The notes beneath the pieces are model-generated. The model worked only from the letters and a program-made list of their open reading frames with translations, had not been told where the DNA came from and did no database searches. Below are positions 27,801-32,000 of a stretch of DNA of 32,000 nt, piece after piece. The DNA is from Xanthomonas campestris pv. campestris str. ATCC 33913 (GTDB lineage: Bacteria; Pseudomonadota; Gammaproteobacteria; Xanthomonadales; Xanthomonadaceae): assembly GCF_000007145.1 (NCBI RefSeq), contig NC_003902.1, forward strand, positions 3,026,497-3,058,496. The letters are read 5' to 3'. A program made the position numbers and the translations under genes. Within the stretch, counting starts at the first letter, position 1; every line of letters starts with the position of its first letter.

Positions 27801-27870
27801 CACCTATGGCATGGGGACCTACTTCAACCCGCCGCGCTTTGTTCGCCTGTCTGCTTCGTATGACTTCTAA
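24823..27870 (+). CDS. TonB-dependent receptor, Oar-type (N-terminal carboxypeptidase-regulatory-like domain)
   Basis: ATG 24823 (1015 aa). Signal peptide ...CLANGAVYA|QS. A beta-sandwich CarboxypepD_reg-like segment (GSIYG...VDANGRYNLGSLPVGAYTVTLKRG) precedes the plug (ENAYYINGFNVSNP). Terminal ...FVRLSASYDF. GC is visibly lower than in neighbouring genes. Confidence 0.85.
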   Translation: MSNQFRRQVLKRTALAVVLGACLANGAVYAQSTTGSIYGSAPSEAGSTIVVQSDTGLSRTITVDANGRYNLGSLPVGAYTVTLKRGDQVVDTRKNVQLRVGSGTEVSFADAGSSSTADATTLGAITVTAANAPKIDVSSTSSRSVITSQQLAILPLGRSAEAIALLAPGAVAGSGAFDNGSRSVVSFGGAGVTENAYYINGFNVSNPLSNLGGVSLPYGAIDQQETYTGGYSARYGRSTGGVINQVGKRGTNEWHFGAQAVWEPKSLASSPENVRFPNNTLPDRFEYTNPDQPGTLYRSRKDDGATRTVYSAYAGGPLIEDKLFVFVAGESDKTEGVSTNSSAASVLGRNNYAYSAPKFYGKIDWNINDSNILEYTRIESTDRRAGYYTDFDYDTLSGGGRSGTFADTYKIKDRYDIFKYTGYLTDDLTLNATWGRSRQDNLQSNPYVSALPYLQNVTNQNPALTGGTPITNDQASNRTKANLPQNKTRSLRLELEYRIGDHDLTAGVDNMYFNASNEGVRTTGPGYQWLFARQSDPTVDIRPSLGVGPSGGDGYYAQRRIFTTTTSMAVEQKAYYLEDRWQVSDNWLVLLGIRNDKFTNFNSAGQPYVDSGDQWAPRLGVSWDVFGDSSLKLYANAGRYYLALPNSVAVRGASASTYTDEYFAYSGLDANGEPTGLTALGPGPVSSNGEYGQTPDPNSFAPSDLKSQYQDEFLVGFEKTLGQSWNSGAKVTYRKLQTAIDDVCDTGRMADKLEASGVSASSVAIPGCVMFNPGETNTYNLANVDGSGRTQVRMSQEDWGFTSGAKRNYVSVDLFLEHPFDEKWFARVDYTWSHLYGNTEGQVKSDLGQADVSKTQDWDSAELMYYAGGNLANDRRHQFKAFGAYQFTPEWMASATLRVLSGTPKSCLGYFGQGEQDPIGYESAYHYCAGTPSRPGDAGRTPWLTNLDLGVTYRPAFADHKLAIGLQVFNVINDRDATRAEAVYGDDRFTVSNTYGMGTYFNPPRFVRLSASYDF

Positions 27871-28010
27871 GAGCGGCTAACAAAACAGAGCGAGCAGTCG
27901 TCAGGTGGGTGTGGACGGCGCGGAGGAACCGGAATGTACGGGGGTACACGAGATTCCGAGCACCGGCCGCGCCCGCCTGGCGGCTGCGCAGTCGTTTTGA
28001 TAGCTGCTCC
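27870..28010 (+). repeat. Long-hairpin MITE/ERIC-like element, copy 3
   Basis: Aligns end to end with 8931..9072 with only scattered substitutions, in the same orientation. Its first base is the last base of the TBDR TAA stop. Confidence 0.75.
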
Positions 28011-28055
28011 AAGCCCCGGAAGCTGGCGTAAGAAGTAACGGCTGTAATGCTCTCC

Positions 28056-28081
28056 ACGGCCCCGCGAGGGGCCGTTTTTTT
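28056..28081 (+). terminator. Rho-independent terminator downstream of the Oar-type TBDR and hairpin element
   Basis: ACGGCCCC-gcga-GGGGCCGT followed by TTTTTTT. Confidence 0.7.
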
Positions 28082-28233
28082 GTCCGAAGCCTGCTAGAAC
28101 GAGAGGCCACGTTGACCTGCGTGCCCCACCCATGACCTTCGACACCATGCGTGCTGTCATACAGAAAGGTAGAGTGCCGCCACGGCTCCGCTGTGACGGG
28201 GCTTCCCAATTGACTGTTGCTCCTGGAGCCCTT

Positions 28234-30354
28234 GTGATTCGTACCCCTCATCTATTGACGCTGTCCCTGGCCGTCGCCGCCGCGCTGAGCGGCTGCAAGA
28301 AGCCCGAAGACGCCGCACCGGCCACCGCGCCTGATGCCGCTGCCAGCGCGGCCGCCGCACCCAAGACGCTGACCCTGGACCAAAGCAAGCTGCCGGCGGT
28401 GAATCAGTTCACTGCTGCCGATCTGGATCCCAACGGCAATGCCTGTACCGATCTGAACGCCTACGCCAATGCCAAGTTCTTGGCCGCCAACCCGGTGCCG
28501 GGCGACCGCACCAGCTGGGGCGCGTTCGAAATGCTCGACGAGCGCTCCAACGCGATCCAGCAGCAGCTGGCCGAACAGGCCGCTGCAGACACCGGTGCCA
28601 CCGGCGTCGAAAAGATCGTCGGCGACCTGTGGTCCACCGGCATGGACGAAGCCAAGATCAACGCCCAGGGCATCGAGCCGCTGAAGCCGGACCTGGCCGC
28701 CATCGACGCCATCAGCGACCAGGCCAAGCTGGTCGACTACCTGCGCAGCAGCGCGGCGAAGGGCAACAACGAGCTCTTCAGCTTCGGCGCGGAAGCGGAC
28801 TTCAAGAAGTCCAGCCAGAACATCGCCTATGCGATGCAGGGCGGCCTGGGTCTGCCGGACCCGGAGTACTACACCAGCGCCGGCAACAAGGCCAAGCTGG
28901 ACGCCTACCAGGCGCACGTGGCCAAGGTGCTGGAACTGTCTGGCGTTGCCGCCGCCGATGCCACCGCGCAGGCCAAGCAGGTCGTCGCGTTCGAAACCCG
29001 CCTGGCCAAGGTCTCCAAGACCAGCACGCAGATGTCGCGCGATGCCTCGCTGGCCTATAACCCGATCTCGCCGGCCGATGCCGACAAGCTGACCCCGAAC
29101 TGGTCGTGGACCGAGTTCTTCAAGTCGCAGGGCGTGGCCACGCCGGAGATGTTCTCGCTGGCAATCCCGGCCTTCCATCAGGAAGTGAGCAAGATGATCG
29201 CCGACACCGACCCGGCCATCTGGCGCGCCTACCTGCGCTTCCACACCGTCGACCGTGCCTCGCCGTACCTGAGCCAGCCGTTCGTGGATGAGAGCTTCGC
29301 GTTCTACAACAAGACCATGCGCGGCCAGAAGGAAATCAAGCCGCGCTGGAAGCGCGTGCTGGCCACCATCAACAGCCAGGCCGGCGAAACGCTGGGCCAG
29401 ATGTACGTCAAGGTCGCCTTCCCGGGCGATTCCAAGGCCAAGATGGAAACCCTGGTGACCAACCTGCGCACCGCACTGAAGGCGCGCATCGAAAAGCTCG
29501 ACTGGATGAGCCCGGAGACCAAGACCAAGGCGATCGCCAAGTGGGAAAGCTTCACGCCCAAGATCGGCTACCCGGAAAAGTGGCGTGAATGGAACGGCCT
29601 GAGCACCAGCCGTGACAGCTACCTGGGCAACGTGATGGCGGCATCCGAGTTCAACTACAAGTGGAACCTGTCCAAGATCGGCAAGCCGGTGGACAAGACC
29701 GAATGGGGCATGAGCCCGCAGACCGTCAACGCCTACTACAACCCGCTGCAGAACGAGATCGTGTTCCCGGCCGCCATCCTGCAGCCGCCGTTCTTCGACC
29801 CGAATGCGCCGGAGGAAATGAACTACGGCGGCATCGGTGCGGTGATCGGGCATGAGATGACCCACGGCTACGACGACCAGGGCAGCCGCTTCGGTGCCGA
29901 TGGCAACTTCATCGCCGATCCGGGTTGGTGGACGCAGAAGGATCTGGACGCGTTCAAGGCACGCACCGGCAAGCTGGTGGCACAGTTCGACAGCTACCGC
30001 ACGCCGGCAGGCGACAAGGTCAAGGGCGACCTGACCCTGGGCGAGAACATCGCCGACCTGGGCGGCCTCAACACCGCCTATGACGCGATGAAGACCGCCA
30101 CCGCCGGCAAGGACGACCCCAAGAGCGACGGCATCACCCGCGACCAGCGCTTCTTCCTCAACTGGGCGACGGTGTGGCGTCGCAACTTCACCCCGGAAGA
30201 ATTGGTGGTGCGCCTGAAGACCGACCCGCACGCGCCGGCCAACTTCCGCGCCATCGGCGCGCCGTCGAACATGCCGGCATTTGCCGCCGCATTCTCGTGC
30301 AAGGCGGGCGATGCGATGGTGCGTCAAGGCGATCAGCAGGTTGTGATCTGGTAA
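28234..30354 (+). CDS. M13-family zinc metallopeptidase (PepO / endothelin-converting-enzyme-like), lipoprotein
   Basis: GTG 28234 with GGAG 5 nt upstream (706 aa). Lipoprotein signal LSLAVAAALSGC. Zinc motif HEMTHGYD and the second M13 motif GENIADLGG. The track start 28132 lacks a signal peptide. Confidence 0.85.
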   Translation: MIRTPHLLTLSLAVAAALSGCKKPEDAAPATAPDAAASAAAAPKTLTLDQSKLPAVNQFTAADLDPNGNACTDLNAYANAKFLAANPVPGDRTSWGAFEMLDERSNAIQQQLAEQAAADTGATGVEKIVGDLWSTGMDEAKINAQGIEPLKPDLAAIDAISDQAKLVDYLRSSAAKGNNELFSFGAEADFKKSSQNIAYAMQGGLGLPDPEYYTSAGNKAKLDAYQAHVAKVLELSGVAAADATAQAKQVVAFETRLAKVSKTSTQMSRDASLAYNPISPADADKLTPNWSWTEFFKSQGVATPEMFSLAIPAFHQEVSKMIADTDPAIWRAYLRFHTVDRASPYLSQPFVDESFAFYNKTMRGQKEIKPRWKRVLATINSQAGETLGQMYVKVAFPGDSKAKMETLVTNLRTALKARIEKLDWMSPETKTKAIAKWESFTPKIGYPEKWREWNGLSTSRDSYLGNVMAASEFNYKWNLSKIGKPVDKTEWGMSPQTVNAYYNPLQNEIVFPAAILQPPFFDPNAPEEMNYGGIGAVIGHEMTHGYDDQGSRFGADGNFIADPGWWTQKDLDAFKARTGKLVAQFDSYRTPAGDKVKGDLTLGENIADLGGLNTAYDAMKTATAGKDDPKSDGITRDQRFFLNWATVWRRNFTPEELVVRLKTDPHAPANFRAIGAPSNMPAFAAAFSCKAGDAMVRQGDQQVVIW

Positions 30355-30376
30355 TCGTGCAACCGTGTTAAGAGAA

Positions 30377-30407
30377 AGCGGCGATCTTCGGGTCGCCGCT
30401 TTTTTTT
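30377..30407 (+). terminator. Rho-independent terminator of the first M13 peptidase gene
   Basis: AGCGGCGATC-ttcg-GGTCGCCGCT (one G-U pair) followed by TTTTTTT. Confidence 0.75.
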
Positions 30408-30717
30408 GTGCGTGCTGTGGCGCCGTTGGCGGGCGTGCAACCTCGTTATTCCGCGCTGGCAGTGCAAATGCCTCAATTGAAAGTCGGCACGTCACTTCGG
30501 CAACCAATCTCGCTGCAACGCTCTCGGGAGTGCTTTACCAGGCACGCTCAAGACAACTGCTTGTGGAGCACTGGCATGGATTGCCATCGCAGCATCCAGT
30601 CACTGGATGCGCTTCGTGAACCGCTATCGCCCGACCAAGCTCAACAAACCTCAATCCCGGCGTTCGCAAGGCCGAGTCCGCTTATGCTCGGCATCCATCT
30701 CCTCGCCGATGCCAGAC

Positions 30718-32000
30718 ATGCCCTTGCTCAAGACCTCCACCCTTGCCCTGGCCCTGCTGGTGGCCCTGCCCGGCTGCAAGCGCACCTCCGATGCAGAGAG
30801 CGCCCCTGCATCAGCCGCCATTGCGGCGCCTGCCGCGCCGCCCACCACGGCAGCAAACACACCCGCATTCGATATCAGCGAGCTGGGCCCTGCAGCCAGC
30901 GCGTGCCAAAACCTGGACGAGTTCGTTAACGGCGCCTGGGCCAAGGCCAATCCGATTCCGGCCGACCACACCAGTTGGGGCATCGACGAACTCCTGACCG
31001 AGAAAAGCCTGCTGATCCAACGCGAGCTGCTTGAAGCCGCGGCGAGACAGGCCGGTACACAGGCCCCATCGCTGGAACAAAAGATCGGCGCGCTGTATGC
31101 GTCCGGCATGGACGAGGCCGCAATCGAAGCCGCCGGTGCCAAGCCGATCCAGCCGCAGCTGGATAAGATCGCCGCATTGCACTCCGGCAAGGATGTCGCT
31201 GCCTACATCATCAGCCGGCATGGCGAAGGCGACGCACAGGTCTTTGCGTTCGGTGCCGGTGCAGATTTCCACAATGCCGACCAGCAGATTGCGTTTACAC
31301 AGGAAGGTGGCCTTGGCCTGCCAACCAAGGACTACTACACCGGTGCGGAGCACGCGCCGATCCGCGCAGCCTACCTTGCCTACATCGCCAAATCGTTCGA
31401 ACTCACCGGCACCCCTGCCGCGCTGGCCAAGACACAGGCAAACGACGTGCTTGCGCTCGAAACGCGCCTGGCTGCCGCATCGCTGGCCCCCGTGGACGCG
31501 CGTGAACCAAAGAACCAATACCGCCTGGTCACCCTCGCCGAGGCGGACAAGCTCACTCCGCACTTTCCGTGGGAGGATTTTTTCGCCACCCAAGGCGTAC
31601 CGGTCGGCAGCGGCTTCTCGCTCGCGCAGCCACGGTTTTTTGCCGCGTTCGATCAGGCATTGGCTAGCGCGCCCATTGCGCAGTGGCAGGCCTACCTACG
31701 CTTCCATGCGATCGATGACGCATCCACGCGCTTGAGCAAGGCATTTGCCGATAATCGCTTTGCGTTCTATGGCAAGACGCTGTCCGGGCAGCCAGAGCAG
31801 CTGCCGCGCTGGAAGCGCGTGCTGCGTTCGGTCAACGGCGCAATGGGCGAAGGCGTTGGGCAGCTCTATGTGGCCAAGGTGTTCACGCCAGATGCCAAGC
31901 AACGCGCCAGCGAACTGGTCGACAACGTTCGCGCGGCGCTCAAGACACGTATCGAACAGGTCGACTGGATGAGTGCCGAGACCAAGGCCAAAGCCTTGGC
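30718..32000 (+). CDS. Second M13-family metallopeptidase, lipoprotein (5' 427 codons; continues beyond the window)
   Basis: Not in the ORF track (open-ended). My translation from ATG 30718: MPLLKTSTLALALLVALPGCKRTS...CQNLDEFVNGAWAKANPIPADHTSWG...LGLPTKDYY...RWKRVL...VDWMSAETKAKA. Collinear with the upstream paralogue's N-terminal half. Confidence 0.8.
   Translation, partial: MPLLKTSTLALALLVALPGCKRTSDAESAPASAAIAAPAAPPTTAANTPAFDISELGPAASACQNLDEFVNGAWAKANPIPADHTSWGIDELLTEKSLLIQRELLEAAARQAGTQAPSLEQKIGALYASGMDEAAIEAAGAKPIQPQLDKIAALHSGKDVAAYIISRHGEGDAQVFAFGAGADFHNADQQIAFTQEGGLGLPTKDYYTGAEHAPIRAAYLAYIAKSFELTGTPAALAKTQANDVLALETRLAAASLAPVDAREPKNQYRLVTLAEADKLTPHFPWEDFFATQGVPVGSGFSLAQPRFFAAFDQALASAPIAQWQAYLRFHAIDDASTRLSKAFADNRFAFYGKTLSGQPEQLPRWKRVLRSVNGAMGEGVGQLYVAKVFTPDAKQRASELVDNVRAALKTRIEQVDWMSAETKAKAL

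Overview
High-GC gammaproteobacterial chromosome segment. Gene content, repeat types and one diagnostic effector gene point to Xanthomonas, most consistent with X. campestris. Most of the window is housekeeping: aroC (5' part), prmB, an SCO1/SenC-like gene, psd, an MltD-like lytic transglycosylase, yjgR, nudK, a rhomboid protease, greB, rimO, a dienelactone hydrolase, a HIT protein, dcd and apbC/mrp.

Two compositionally atypical blocks interrupt this. (i) About 15.7-17.6 kb is a low-GC islet with a single 536-codon LRR-Fic type III effector. Its length, domain order and catalytic His469 match the known AvrAC/XopAC. (ii) About 24.5-28.0 kb is a lower-GC Oar-type TonB-dependent receptor with an AT-rich upstream region. 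It sits inside a TBDR / TBDR / M13-peptidase / M13-peptidase cluster (21.5 kb to the window end).

Non-coding content is rich. There are three same-orientation copies of a ~140-bp long-hairpin MITE/ERIC-like element whose inter-copy substitutions preserve pairing only in plus-strand RNA. There are also GTAG-type REPs, a multi-hairpin composite repeat, an orphan minus-strand intrinsic terminator between two paralogous mini-membrane-protein genes, a strongly C-rich/G-poor leader tract, and several perfect palindromes. One membrane/helical-repeat gene appears split by a +1 frame change.

I found no rRNA, tRNA, CRISPR array, transposase or integrase. I see no convincing wholly new multi-gene system. 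The best candidates for follow-up are the hairpin element family, the TBDR-peptidase cluster, the orphan terminator locus and an inhibitory-helix-like motif inside the Fic effector. All homology statements come from my own reading of the translations; no database was searched.
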